Assembly: GCF_964355755.1 (NCBI RefSeq)
Contig: NC_092673.1
Location: forward strand, 34,345,648-34,409,647
Length of the DNA: 64,000 nucleotides
Reading direction: 5' to 3'
Source of the DNA: Antedon mediterranea
Taxonomy: Eukaryota > Animalia > Echinodermata
Below, one piece after another: positions 22,801 to 37,800 of the stretch (position 1 is the stretch's first letter; each line of letters starts with the position of its first letter). Below the pieces are notes generated by a model, which saw only the letters and a program-made list of their open reading frames with translations, did no database searches and was not told the origin of the DNA. The position numbers were made by a program, and so were the translations under genes.

Positions 22801-25800
22801 AAATTGTTCTATAAAATATCAAGGTATAACAAAGACATGTAAGTAGTATTAAAAGAAGTTATCTAAAAGCTGGACTAGAACAGAAGTTAATATAAAATGT
22901 TGTGATGTGGTTTCCCGATTAATTGTACAATCAAAATGGTACTGGGTATGATCAACTAGCGTTCGTGTTCCCACCTAATCATCCATTTATAGAAGTACTG
23001 ATGAAGATATCAATCTGTGGCGACAATAGAATGGACCCGAGACCTGGCTATCTTCGACTTTTAAATAATAGAAAGTTTTGAAAAATTGTGTTAGGATAGA
23101 AATGTACGTTGTATGATGTGTATAAATAAAACAAGTTAATATAAAATGTATAAAGAACAAACTTGAACATCCGAAAACATATTTTGTATTAAAAAAATGA
23201 AATGTATTTATGTTTTTAATTTAATCATAATATTTGATTAATTATGTTTAGTGAATTATAGAACGTAGTCAATTCAAACACTGTACCATGGTCATCTGTT
23301 TTAAGCCTGTCAGACGAATCCTGATAGTCAGATAGTCAGTGAACTTAAAACGGCTCCAGGGGCTACATTAACTAAAAAAACGAGACATGAAAAAAATATT
23401 AATTGTCGCCTAGGCAGTACACAATCAATTGCTGCTATCTACTGTCATTCTATTTCCATTACTGCTGTAATCATCAATTTTTGAACTTTTTTTTAGTGAG
23501 TTATATTATTTTTAGAGATACAGTTGCGAGGAGGTTTCACTCTCCCTTTCTTATTTGTGAGTGTGTCTGTTAAAAAGATCACTTCAAGACAGATTTTGAG
23601 AAATTTTTAGCATCGGTAGAACTTTTTTTATGGATTCATTTTGGAAGGATGCAATAATTAGTTGCGTGCGTGTCTCAGGGACATGCAAGTACTACAATGT
23701 AGAAGAATCCATTTTTATTTATAAATTCTACTTCAACTAATACATTTTCTGCATTATTCCTCAGCTAAGACACAACCCATCTGCCTTATCCATTTAACAT
23801 ACTAGACATTATTGTTAAGTAAACAACTAATACATTTTAAAATTTCTATTGTAGTAATAAATATTCCTGTTAATGTTAATGTATTTTGAGTGATTGCCTA
23901 TTAATCAACTTATACTATTTGTCATGATGAACGGAATTACGAACAGTTGGTTAACGTCCTTTCAACAATATATCAGTTATATAACTGTTGTAAAATTAAC
24001 ATTAAGTTATATTGGAAATGCTTTTTTTTTTTTTTTATTGATTTAGTCTAATGATTTTTTCCCCTTATCTCAGTTATATAACTGTTGTAAAATTAACATT
24101 AAATTATATTGGAAATGCTTTTATTTTTTTTAATTGATTTAGTCTACTGAATTTTCCCCTTATCTCAGTTATATAACTGTTGTAAAATTAACATTAAGTT
24201 ATACAGTAGTGGAAATGCTTTCATTTTTTTTTTATTGATTTAGTTGTACTGAAAAAGAAATATTTTTTTGGTTTACCCATTTATCTCTATCATGCCTCGG
24301 TATTGATTTTTCGAAGTAGTAAAACTATTAAATTAAATGAATGAAAAATACGACTTCACCATTAACACACACCTGCCAGGTGTCCCAGTAAACCTTGAAA
24401 ATAAGTAACATCTTTTCAAGCTGTGATGTTGATGTACTCAAGGATGTTATTTTTCCTGTTTATTTTCTAGTTTAACAAAATTAAACACCCTTAATGTATG
24501 TGTGTAATTAGTTTCTTTAAAGGGAGAGTACAATATTATTTGAATAAAGACAGAATACAATACAGAAATGCTATATACACCCTTAAGATCTGTCTACACT
24601 ATCAAACTATGTTACAGCAAAATGTGATGTGTCCATATATGGACATGATGTTGTCATATCACTACCATATTTAAGCATATGACCAGGGAGTTGTAAACTC
24701 CCTGATATGACTACCATATTATCTTATCTAATTTGTTTCCTAAAGGGAGGATACTTATTATTTTAACAATATAATTTTTTTTAAAATTATACACTCTTTT
24801 ATGATGCGATACTACATTAATATATTTATTTCCTCCAAAAGGCATATGACGACAAAATATATATTATACGACATACAGAAAGTCAGACCACTGATGTGTC
24901 TTTTCATGAAGAGATGATACCTCAGAGGGATGGATTTGGAAACAGTGGATTGCTAACATTATAGTCTTTTAAAGATAGATATATCAAAAAGTAGTTTATT
25001 ATTTCATTCAACTGTCAAACCTAGACTTGCCCTAAGTCTTTAGTTATTGTCTGTTGTTAGTCAACCAATGCAGAGGTTCGATTTTTGGTATTATATATTA
25101 TGGGCCAAAATATTGATCTTTCTACTAATTACGGCCTAGAACCTAGACTATGTCAAACTCTTCAGAATCTACAAACTAACTTTGATTTTGTTTGCAGTGC
25201 GAGATTCAAAATGTGACTATCCTGCAGCTTGTAATTCCATGGAAACTCTACTAATACACAAAGGATTGAGAAGGACACCGTTGTTTGACAACGTACTTGA
25301 GATGCTTGCTTTAGAACAGGTTTGTTGCAGACAATTCTCATAATCATAATTATCTTCTATATGGCCATAATGCGTAGATGCACCAGTTCTCGTCAGATCA
25401 CCAAATTTACGCTGCGATCTGGATGGAAGACCGTCTGGTAGTATCTTGTCATGTGCTGTATATACCGGAGAGTGGTGGTGTTATAATTGACAGACTGGGT
25501 TCGAGCCTATCATATTAGCTGTTGGTCCTGTGTACATTGTACACTATTCGAAAAGAGTCTGGAATTATCAATTATTTTATCAATATCATCATTCTTCTCT
25601 CTTGTTATCACTTAAATTAAATTATCAGCACCAACAATAATATCACCATCACTCACCCATATGTTATTTTACAGGTTAAAATTCATCCAGGTCAGAGGTT
25701 ATCTCGCTCTCTTAAGTTTGGTCCATCCCAAGCTCAGTCTATGAGTATTGAGTATGGAGGTCTTGAGTGTGGAGTGGAGATTGTAGATGACATCAAAGGT

Positions 25801-28800
25801 GCTGTCAATCACATTAACAAATATGGAAGTGCTCATACAGATGTTATTGTTACCGAAAATGGTAAGTTTGATGAATTTATGAAGTATGTTTTCCCTGGAA
25901 AGTGGGTAGTTTCTTTGAGTACTGTTCCCCAAGCAAGCAGGTAATTTTTTCTTAAGGAAAGTCAGTATTTTAACTGGTAAGTGGGTAGTTTGGCCAATAA
26001 GCTGGTAGTTTGTCCCTCAGAACTAGATAGTTTTCCTTGGAGATGGGTAGTTTTCCCTTAGAAGTCGGTAGTTTTCCTGGGAAGCAGGTTGTTTTTTCTG
26101 GAAATCGCAAGTTGATATGTCATGATACGAAAAATACTGATGTATTCAGTTACACACTTGCTTTTGACACTAGACAGGTTGGTTGGCCAAATTATTTAAG
26201 CTGATTTGGATAAATAATGAATGTCTTGCTAAACACAATCATGCATACAATTTCAACTAAAAATTTAATTTTCAATAGTCTACATCGTCAACAAATTTTG
26301 AGTCGGTCAGACGTAATTTTTTTTGGGTAATATTTATAATCGATAAATTATCGTTGTTAGCCTACTAACTATTAGCAGTTGTCAATTGATAATTGATGAT
26401 TTTGAAATCATATTATGATTGATGGGAATGCTCCCAAGGTACAGATACTAGCAGAAACTGTACATTAACACTATGACAGACTATTAATACTGAATGTTCT
26501 ACACCAATAATTCTTTTTTTGTACAATTTTGTAATAATTAAAAAAATTTTTTTTTCGCTCTTTCACTTTTCTATATTTTAAGTCATGTATTTTAAGTGAA
26601 TAATGATGACATTTATTCTCTAAAGGAGAATTGTAATCGTTGTTTTATATTTTTTTGGAACATTTTTCTAGATATAATGGATGGTTTGAGTTGATTCTAT
26701 CACTTGTGGAAGATTAAAGATTTACAGGATTGTTTGCTAAAATGCCACTTTTTTATTGTCACCTAATATAGTTTGAATAACAATTTTGTAAAAATATTAG
26801 TTACCTTAAAATTAAAAAAAAAGTCAACCAAGCATGCTGTCTGGAAGACAATTGGTTTCTTTTTTTAATTATAAGCAAGATAATTTTTTTTATATTTTTT
26901 TTCAAAGTTTAATAACAAATTATTAAATTTACAAAATGGCCTATTTGTTTTTTTCATGTTTAGAGACAATATAAATGTTAGGGTAAACTTTACTGCAATC
27001 CATGGGTCTTGATGTTTATTTGTTTTTTAATAAAAAATTACTCTAAATTTATTAAAAAACAATTATTTTAAAGCCTTTTTTATCAGTTTATCTTAAGCGA
27101 TTTTCCTTTTAGTATGTCAATTGTTTATTAATCAATATTGATTTTTTTGTTGCAATAAAAAAAAATTTGTAGTCTTTCTCAAACAATTTTCCTTCATCAT
27201 TCATCATCTTTTTTTAAAAATAAAAATTACTCTAAATTTGAGCATTATTCAACATCTTTTGTTGCAAGAAGTAAAACTTTCTATCTGTCTTTCTCAAGCG
27301 ATTTTTGGTTAGTCATAAATTGTTTTTTGATAAAAATTACTGCAATTTTGCGTGGGCTTATACTATGTCAGTAAATGTTTAGCCATTAGCAATCTGAAAT
27401 AGGTTGACAAAGCATCAGAAAAACTCAAGATAAATGATGAATCGGTAGTTGACCTTAATGAAGATTAACTGTAGAAAGAAGCCTAGACTTAAGTTTGACA
27501 ATTACATGATTGTGGTAGGCATGATTGGGTGCTACTTTGTGCGTTTTATTGGCGTGCCTTCGAATCCCTGAAGTTATTTCGGTCAAATGAAACAGTTTTT
27601 TTTTCGCTTAAAACCCAAAACGACAGACAAATTTTGACAATAATAGGAGGTTTAACAAAAGGTTAAGAAAACAAACAAATAAATCTGAGTAATACAAGTC
27701 TTATACTGACAAAAAGAAAAAAAAAAAAAGAAGAAAATGATTTCGCTTATAAAATAACAAAATAGGCTGGGGCGGATCCAGAGGGGGGTCCACGGGGTCC
27801 GGACACCCCCCCCCCCTAAATTTTAAGGGTGCCCTTTTTTTAGAGGTTCAATATTTTATTCGTGTGACATATTTGTGTGTATATTAGTATGCACAGAGTA
27901 GGCTACACTAACCCCAAAAATAAAAACAGAAATTTATCACAAAGAGCGCGATGTTAAGTTACGGCGGCCGATCAAAGAGCATTTAGAGGTGGTGACGCGT
28001 GATGATCTCTACTTAAACTTCTAAAAATAGATCGTTTCACATACTACAGAGGGCGCATGTAAACTTTTTACGATTCAACTCCGCGTACGTTACCATGCGC
28101 GCTATGTCATTGACGCGATCATTTGTCCATTGGTAAACACATTTTTATGTATTATTATTCTGAAAATAATTGAACTGTAAACATAATTCTTTTGAGTATT
28201 TGTTTTTTTACATATCATTCCATCAGATCAACTATTTTTTATTTCCATTACATCCAACCAAACATGTAAAAAATGTAGTTAAAATATCGTACTATCTAGC
28301 GCGTACGACCATACGGGGTAGATTGTTTACTCAAAAATCATCGAACGGTCCATACACTATTCAACCTTATTTTTGTAGTTGAGCCTCTCATGACCTGGGA
28401 TTTGTTTGTCTTCCTACGCCAAGATAATATAGTTCTACAAGCCATGTGCTTTTTTCTCTGAGAAATATTTATAAGTGCCAAAAAAATGATTTTTTTCTCG
28501 ATATGAAGCCTTTATTATTCAAATCTTTTAAAGAAAAATCACACATACCATAAAGAAGGTTCATTTATTTCATTTTGGAAACAATATTTGTGAAAATTAC
28601 GTGAGTCTCAACTACAAAACCACCATTTTGTGATATGATGTCATCGTAAGCCAATCAAAGCTGAGCTTTCCCGCGATCGGCAGAGCTCATGGTTGAATGA
28701 TTTTGGATTCTGGCTATTTGATTGGTGGACGCGAATCACCCACAGCGGAATGTTTTCTCTCGCGCGTACCAAGAAGTCACGTGATCTCTCTGTACTGAAC

Positions 28801-31800
28801 GGTACTACACAAATTTAGAGCAATGAATTTGTACGAATTCCGTTAAATAAACAACTCTATATATTTTATAAACATTTAATAACATATTTTTATTTCCAAT
28901 GTTGATATATAAAAGAAATTACTATAAAACGTAATTATATGTAATTATTTTAGCGAAAAATGGCGCAATTTGTTTACAACGTTCGTGGCTAAAAACGATC
29001 ATTTTCGGCAATGTTTTAGACCCTATATTTCGAAAACTACAAGTCAGATTTTCGTAATTCTTTCTTTATTGGAATATTGAAACAAAATACCAACAGATAA
29101 TGTTTAAATTGGTTGAAAAATAACAACTTTTAATTTTGCATCGTTATCCCTGCTAATAAAGTGTCATTTCCGGCGAACAAGAAAGGTGCCATTTATCATG
29201 GATTTTGCGTGCGAGAGTGCCATTTCCGGCCATCTAAGTGTGTCCTGTAACAAAATTCGCTTCGCCACAACCCCCACCATGGGGGGGCTGTGGCTCTAAT
29301 ACTCAATATCTGATGTGCCCTTTTTATCGGCGGACCCCCCCCCCCCCTCTCAAAAATGTCTGGATCCGCCCCAGATAGGTCAATATCTTTAGAAGTGATA
29401 ATGTCTTCTGTTTCTTTTAATAGTTTTGAATAATTCATCGGAAATATTTACAACAGTATGATAAAGTATTAGAATTGTTACTTTATTCTTTTTCGGAAAC
29501 AGTTATAATAGCTGAATTTTATGTATGTTTCTAGAGACCTTTCAGAGTAAGATTAAAATAGTATTATTGATGATGTTCTATTATTGTCATAAACCTTTAG
29601 AAGCCCTGGAAAATTTTACCTTTTAAGATTATAGGTTTTAGTTTTTACATTTACAAAATGGCGGGCTTTGCAATAGGCTATTTTATTAACGGCAATCATT
29701 TCCAATCTAGAAATCTCTTCTGTTTGTTTAATGGTACCCAAAAAAAAAAAAATTAATGTTTTGTTTGATGTAACATTTACAAAACAGGAATGTGGATTTA
29801 GCAATATGGGTTTATAAGCAATCGTTTCATATCAAGCGATCTCTGATCTATCTAAAAAAAAAACTTTAGTCATCAGAAACAATACTTTCAATTGGCAAAA
29901 ATATTCCCTGCTGTTTTCTAGTCCATGTCGATCATGGTTTGCACAACACTGTCTGCCGTAAGTCTGAGGAAGACCTACTCACAATTGAGGATAAATATTA
30001 CCAAATAAATAAATATAAGTTTTATTTGTAAATAATTTTACATACTATATTTATAACGGACTTGATGAAACAGGGATTAAGTTGTTCTTTTTAATATTTA
30101 TTATTGTTATATATGAAATGAAGTGTTATCAATGTAGATATCAACTCTGTGAGTTAAAAACTTTTTCTGTTAGAAAGTTGGACACAAATGTCAGGCGTAA
30201 TAAAGTACATGCGTTAGAAATTGTAAAAATTAACAATACAATGTCCATTTGGAGAGTAGGAATGTATCGGTTTTGTAAACGTTGCATATTACATAAATCC
30301 TACCGGTATTAACAGATCGTACAAAAACTACTTCAACTAAATCTGCCTTAATAGTAAACATTAATAATCAATCAATCATTTTGTCCGTCAATCAGGCTTG
30401 TTTCAAAGTCCCATTTCTATGAGAAATTTTGAGCAGATTTAAACATCATTTAGATGTCTATCTTATTACGTATGTAATTCGAGGCAGCTTATGCTTGAAT
30501 CTTCAGTCGAATTTGAAACGATAAAATAAATTGATGCTTATAAGAAGATAAAATAACAGAGTTACTTTTATAATCTAGTGCTTGTCTCAGTCAAGATGAG
30601 ACATAGATATCAAGGAAGTCAACTACGATGAGAAACAGCATTTTACAGAGTTCTGTCAATCACAAAAGTAATGTGACAGACAATTAGGCTGATAAATTTG
30701 CACAATCTACAAACTGTAAATTTTTTTAAAGTTAATTCCATATCTGAGTTTTTCTTTGTTAATTAGGACACCCGGCCAGATAGCTTTACCATCTAAAGGT
30801 GTCTTATTAAATCTTAGGGTGCTGTTAAATCCCAGGGTGCTGTTAAATCCCAGGGTGCTGTTAAATCCCAGGGTGCTGTTAAATCCCAGGGTGCTGTTAA
30901 ATCCCAGGGTGCTGGTAAATCCCAGGGTGCTGTTAAATCCCAGGGTGCTGGTAAATCCCAGGGTGCTGTTAAATCCCAGGGTGCTGTTAAATCCCAGTGT
31001 GCTAGTGAACAGGGTGGTGTTGAATACTAAGATAATGATGTATTGTTTAAATGGTCAATATGAAAATACAAATAGGATTATTTCTGAGTAGATAATTGTA
31101 TTGAAATGTTTACTTTTTGTTCTTGTGACAAACTCATGAAACAGCATTTTATATAAAGACTTAATGCGATTAAAAAGTGACATATTCTTTTTTAATGTTA
31201 CATTTTTCAAATCTAACAGCATTACAATGACACTTGCAAGGTTAAAAGTAATCCATGTTTTTTAGTTATAGTGAAAGAATTCCCAAGGTACATTTAAGTC
31301 CTATAAATAATGAAAAAAACAAAATAAAGCCATGTGTGTATTTGATATTAAGCATTAAAAAACTTTAAAATGAAAATAAACATCTTATGTAGTCAAAAAC
31401 ACAGAGCTGAGACATTTTGTATAGAAAGTTGCCTTAAAAGTTGTACTGAGAGAACAGAAACACATGTACAGTAGTGGAAAACCATCTGTAGAGCTGCAGT
31501 GAGAGTGAACTGAGACAATTGTCGTGGAAAACCACCCTTAAAGCTGTAGTGAGAGTGAACTGAGACAAATGTAGTGGAAAACCACCCTTAAAGATGTAGT
31601 AAGAGAGAACTGAGACAATTGTAGTGGAAAACCACCCTTAAAGCTGTAGTGAGAGTGAACTGAGACAATTGTCGTGGAAAACCACCCTTAAAGCTGTAGT
31701 GAGAGTGAACTGAGACAAATGTAGTGGAAAACCACCCTTAAAGATGTAGTAAGAGAGAACTGAGACAATTGTAGTGGAAAACCACCCTTAAAGATGTAGT

Positions 31801-34800
31801 GAGAGTGAACTGAGACAATTGTAGTGGAAAACCACCCTTAAAGATGTAGTAAGAGAGAACTGAGACAATTGTAGTGGAAAACCAACCTTAAAGCTGTAGT
31901 GAGAGTGAACTGAGACAATTGTAGTGGAAAACCACCCTTAAAGATGTAGTAAGAGAGAACTGAGACAATTGTAGTGGAAAACCACCCTTAAAGCTGTAGT
32001 GAGAGTGAACTGAGACAATTGTCGTGGAAAACCACCCTTAAAGCTGTAGTGAGAGTGAACTGAGACAAATGTAGTGGAAAACCACCCTTAAAGATGTAGT
32101 AAGAGAGAACTGAGACAATTGTAGTGGAAAACCACCCTTAAAGATGTAGTGAGAGTGAACTGAGACAATTGTAGTGGAAAACCACCCTTAAAGATGTAGT
32201 AAGAGAGAACTGAGACAATTGTAGTGGAAAACCAACCTTAAAGCTGTAGTGAGAGTGAACTGAGACAATTGTAGTGGAAAACCACCCTTAAAGATGTAGT
32301 AAGAGAGAACTGAGACAATTGTAGTGGAAAACCACCCTTAAAGCTGTAGTGAAAGTGAACTGATACAACTGTAGTGGAAAACCATCCTTAAAGCTGTAGT
32401 GAGAGAGAACTGAGACAATTGTAGTGGAAAACCAACCTTAAAGCTGTAGTGAGAGTGAACTGAGACAATTGTAGTGGAAAACCACCCTTAAAGATGTAGT
32501 AAGAGAGAACTGAGACAATATTTGTGGAAAACAACCCTTAATAAAGCTGTAGTGAAAGTGAACTGATACAACTGTAGTGGAAAACCATCCTTAAAGCTGT
32601 AGTGAGAGAGAACTGAGACAATTGTAGTGGAAAACCAACCTTAAAGCTGTAGCGAGAGAGAACTGAGACAATTGTAGTGGAAAACCACCCTTAAAGCTGT
32701 ATTGAAGAGACATAGCTAGGAAAGTCATCATCAAACTGTAGGAAACTAACTGTGGTTGCTAGTAGTAAAGGTTTATATTAACTGCATAGATTAACTGCAG
32801 AGATTAACTGCAGAGATTATTTAAGAGAAATAAATACATGTATGGTTAATACTGAATTCTGGCATCTTATTATGTAAATATACCGGTATTTTAACTACTC
32901 TAAACACTTACTTTTAATTGTCACAAATGTACTTATATGTATATAATATATTCATCAATAAGAATTTAAATAAACGTGAGAAGAACTCACACAAGACAAA
33001 AAAAGAAATAAATACAAAACCAGATTGAAGAAAAACTAAAACACTGCAGATTTTCTGGCTTCATTTACTATCTCAATAAAAACTTTGACTCATCTGGTTT
33101 ATTTTTCTTTTGAATTAGTAGTTTGAAAAAAACGTATTGAAGTACGTAGTTATACGTCACCCTGGGGAATCATCATAGGTTTATCCATTAGACGCCATCA
33201 ATGAAAACGGTTAACATTCTTACATCGTTTCTTTCATTTCCACCGACTTTTACAACAATCGCAAAATGCTGGGACATTTTTAATAACCATTGTGATCAGT
33301 GTTTAAATACATTTCATAATTTAACGAGGAATTTTGTTGAATGAAAAAATATTTAATGGTTATCCCCACGGAGAAGGTAATTTATCTGTACAACTATGAT
33401 TAAAGTCATAAACTATCCGTGTCTGTTTATTATAATTGTAAATCAGAAACATGCTGGTGTATGCAATGAAGAAATTCTATTACGAATTTAAATATTTCAA
33501 AAGCTAAAGCTCTAACATATTGAAACAGAATTAATATAGGTGATGATATTCTTTAGGTTTATTTCTCTTTTCTAAAATGCAAATATTAATTAAACTGCAA
33601 TTTTTTACTAGCCAGTCTGTTCACCTTAAATTGCTGGTATGTGGGTAGATTTGGTAGTTTTTTTTTGTTATAGATTTACGAATTAGTTTCCTTTAGTTTT
33701 CCATAAGCGCCCATAATCTTTGAACATTTGCAAAAAAGAACTTTTCTTTTTTTCTTCTACTTAATTATTAATAAGTAACATAAAAAACAGTCCGGGCAAA
33801 TAACAGTACTAAAAAAAAATTCTCAATACGACAATTAAAATTCTTGAAATATAGTTAATCTAAAAGAAATATTGAAACAATTGTTGGTAGTTTTGCATAA
33901 TTTTTACTGTTCTTATTGTGCGCACATGTAGACTATGGAAAAGCAATCATGGTTTGTATTTGTCATCAAGACACATATTAGACCGACATGGTAAAATGGA
34001 CTATTGCGTGTAGTTCTAAATGTTGTCACTACATAATTGACCCAATGTAATTGTTATCAACTGTAGATGATCAGACATTGTGTTTCAATCTTGTGTCAAT
34101 GATTAAAGTTTAAAGCCTTCTTTCCACTAGTCCGATTTATTCATTCAAATTCAATGTTTTCACAGAGAAAAACAAATTGTTTTTATTATCCACTATACAA
34201 GCAAATATCTTCCATATTTATTTCAATTATGTGTCTGCTAACCTAATAAGTAACTGGTGATACCCATTTGCACAACTTAACAAAATTGTGGAGTTTCTGG
34301 TTATGACGCCCCGGTGTGTAAGAGTTTGTTAGGTGTTTGTTAGGTGTTTGTTAGGTGTTTGTTAGGTGTTTTGAAAGGAGCACTAAATGCAGTGTGATAA
34401 CTCATTTTCTGGCGCAAAATGTTTCACTCCGCAAAAAGTAGAAATTTTTCTAAAGCTCTGTCTACACGATCAATCTTTATGTGTCAAAAAAAAATGGACA
34501 TGATAATATCATATCACTACCATATTTAAGCATAGCACCACCAATGAGCACATCACATTTTTTTTACACATAAAGTTTGATAGTGTAGACATGGCTTTAG
34601 GCTATAAATGCAACTAACTAAAACAATTTGCAGCAGAACAGGATTTGGAAGTAAAATGTGAATTTTAATACGCATGTGCATAAGCTGAAACTTTCGATTT
34701 TGTACAAATAAATTTGCTTACTTTAGTAGAAAGCTGTGTCTTGTCATCATTATGTCCTCAAGGGCCTCCTTTGTGAGATGAGTTTACTAATACATTTAAT

Positions 34801-37800
34801 ACTGTTTCAATTATATTGCTATAAAGTTTCTTTTAAGTTTTTTCTGTAACCTATCATTCAAAGGTAGAGTAAAAAGCTTTCGTTTTTATTAAGTGAATTA
34901 AGTCTGTGAAGTGCCTGCAAACTCTGCTATGCAAATGATATAATAATACTTATTTAGTGCACATAAGGATCAGGCTCTGAATTTCAAGTGTTTAATGAGA
35001 AAGAAAAAACCTCTCAGGGACTAAAATATTATTTATAATAATATTATTTTTAAAGTTGTAAGCCATCCTGTGGCATTTATGTAAACACAGATGATGTTGG
35101 ATGGTACTAAAGAGATGTTTTAAGAAATTGTTATTTTAGCAATACTACTAGTACTAACTTCAGTTAAAGAGGGGCGGGGGGAGGGTTGGGGGGAGAAGAG
35201 GTACGAAATTTATTTATAGGTTTATAATTAATTCATTCATTTCGGAATCTCTGGTCCATAGAAAGTAAAAATTACATATAAATGAAATAAAATAAACAAG
35301 ACAAATTACTACTACTCATCTCAGGATGGCATTCCACCTAAAGAGCATCTTCGTCTTAACTAAGATGTTGCTTATAATCGTTGAGACTAAAACATTTTCG
35401 CTTGCATGCCTCATATTCTTAGTACTTTACTATATTTTCCCCATGGCAATTGTACCTAAGCATTCTGCCTAAGGATATAAGCCATACGCTCTGTTTATAA
35501 TATCAAACTTTATGTGACAAAAAAATGTGATGTGCCCATATATGGATATGATGATGTCATTTCACTACCATATTTGTGCATTTTACTATCACATTTGTTT
35601 ATCAAACTTGTAGTTTGATAGTGTAGACAGAGCTTTAGAATAGTCAAGTGCTATATAAATCAAATGATTGATTAATTGATTTGAAAGCATTGCTTATAAG
35701 ACGTTTAGATAATTTATTTTGTTAATATTTCATTTGGGAATTTTGCGTTCATTGCATCAAACATTTTTCATTCCATTATTGATAGAAACATCACAGCTCT
35801 CGTTTTGTTATCTATTTTAATATAATGAACGTGTGGACAAACAATCTTTGTTATTGATTAGGGGAAATTAATAGTTTATGTATAATACAATTTTTTTTTC
35901 ACAACACTATGTGTTATTAGATATAATAACAACAGTAGTTAGCCAATTTTAACCGATAACTAGAGAAATTATTATTAAATTTTCATGACAAAATCCTTGA
36001 AATATCTTAATTATATTTGACATTCAATTTTATTAGAAAATGGGGATAAATACTACAGAAGTACATAAACATTACACAAATTATGATATGGCTTTAAATT
36101 AAGGAAACCCCTGTTAAAACAAATGCACCAATTAATGAATACACACCACAAAAAAGCCTGCCTTAATCCGATTTTCCACTAGGCGAATTTGTTCGCGCGA
36201 ATCGAAGGCGTCAGCTAATATGCATGCGTAGAGAAGGATTTGGAAGACGTAAACATGAATACACATGCGTACAAGCTGGCGCGTTCGATTCGCGCGAACA
36301 AATTCGCCTAGTGGAAAATCGGCTTTATGGATTTTCCTTGACTGTTTGTGGGTCAAAACACAATGTGGTCAGTATTCACGATGGGCCAAGAACATCAATC
36401 TTAAAATCTAGTACTTTACTAATATATATAATAATACAGAATATAGGTAATATATTTTTTGTCGTTGTATAATACTCCATTACATTATAATATATATAAT
36501 ATATGGTTTATGAGAATTAAACTTTTTTTAATGATGTATTGTCCCTCAAAAACATGAAAAATGAGGATTAATTCAATGAGACTTTGAATAGATTATTTTG
36601 TAGTTTTGATAAAGTTAATCACTTCCGTAGAAAAAAACTTATAAAATGACAAAATAAATGGTTAAATTCAACCGAAAATCTATTGGCTGGCAGCCAATTT
36701 TACAGTTTTATCAGGTAAATAAATAATTTTTTTTTCAATCAAATTTTATTACTATTACTATTATGTGACATTAAAATGGCATATGCAACAACAAAAATTT
36801 AAATAATTATTTTTTCAGGGGAACAATACATTTTTAAGAATGTTAGAGAGAATAGGTTTCTTGTCAATGTGCTTTTGAATAAGTTCTCAAAGTGCGAAAT
36901 GTTGAATTCCAGATAATCATCTCCCACTTAAATATTAAAATTTTGTTAATAAGAGACTCTTTTTATTGTAAACATGACGAGTGTGTTGTCAATGAACTTT
37001 CTCGGAATTCAGTGTTTAATTAAAAACAAGCAGTTATTCCGGAGATAACTGAATCTTGTTTACTACATATTGAGTTTGTTCAACAACAGTCTGTCTTATC
37101 AAATTAATTTTAAATGAATTGCATTATATATGAAGAAATGTTTTTTTCTTTTTAAAGAATTTTAATACTTTACTTTATCCGACTTAAGTACTTTCATATT
37201 AGATATTATTGTCAGATGTATTTAACTATGAACTAACTGTACAACCTCGACATGACAAGTTAAGTTCAGTGACTGTATTTCACGACAGGCTTCGTGTAAT
37301 ACTTTGTCATCAGTAATTGTTCACGATCATTACAAGTTAAAGATCATAGTGAGTGTTGCTGTATATATCTGCCTTGATCCACATAGATTATAGGAATGTT
37401 ATTTTAGTCCATCCTGCGATTTCACACCATATAATATTTTTAAAAGTTTTTAAAAATCAAGATCAAAGGAAGTATAAATAATGAATGATTATGAGTGCAA
37501 TGGCACAAATATTAAATGAGATAAAAGATGAAAGGTTCTATTTTCCGTTAAAATACAATATATTAATTATTATACAAAATAATTAATGTTTAATAGCTGG
37601 ATGGTAAGAATATTGAATTGATTTGAAAAATAGAGCAGTCAATTTTTCATCAAATGAAATATTCTCGCCATTTAATGAATACAAAATTCATTATTTGTTT
37701 TATAACACACCTACTTTTATTCAGTTTTGCCATTGTATTGAAATGCTAGGCCGGGAAGCTAGGCAATTAAAAAAGGCTGTGCTCCAATTTTAGATGCAGA

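Noticed and set aside
30756-31091. 111-aa ORF with VLLNPR repeats
   Set aside because: 18-bp intronic minisatellite, no ATG start, and no place in the complete P5CS model
36132-36472. Opposite-strand ORFs sharing [13 protein letters not shown]
   Set aside because: Artefact of the palindromic MITE
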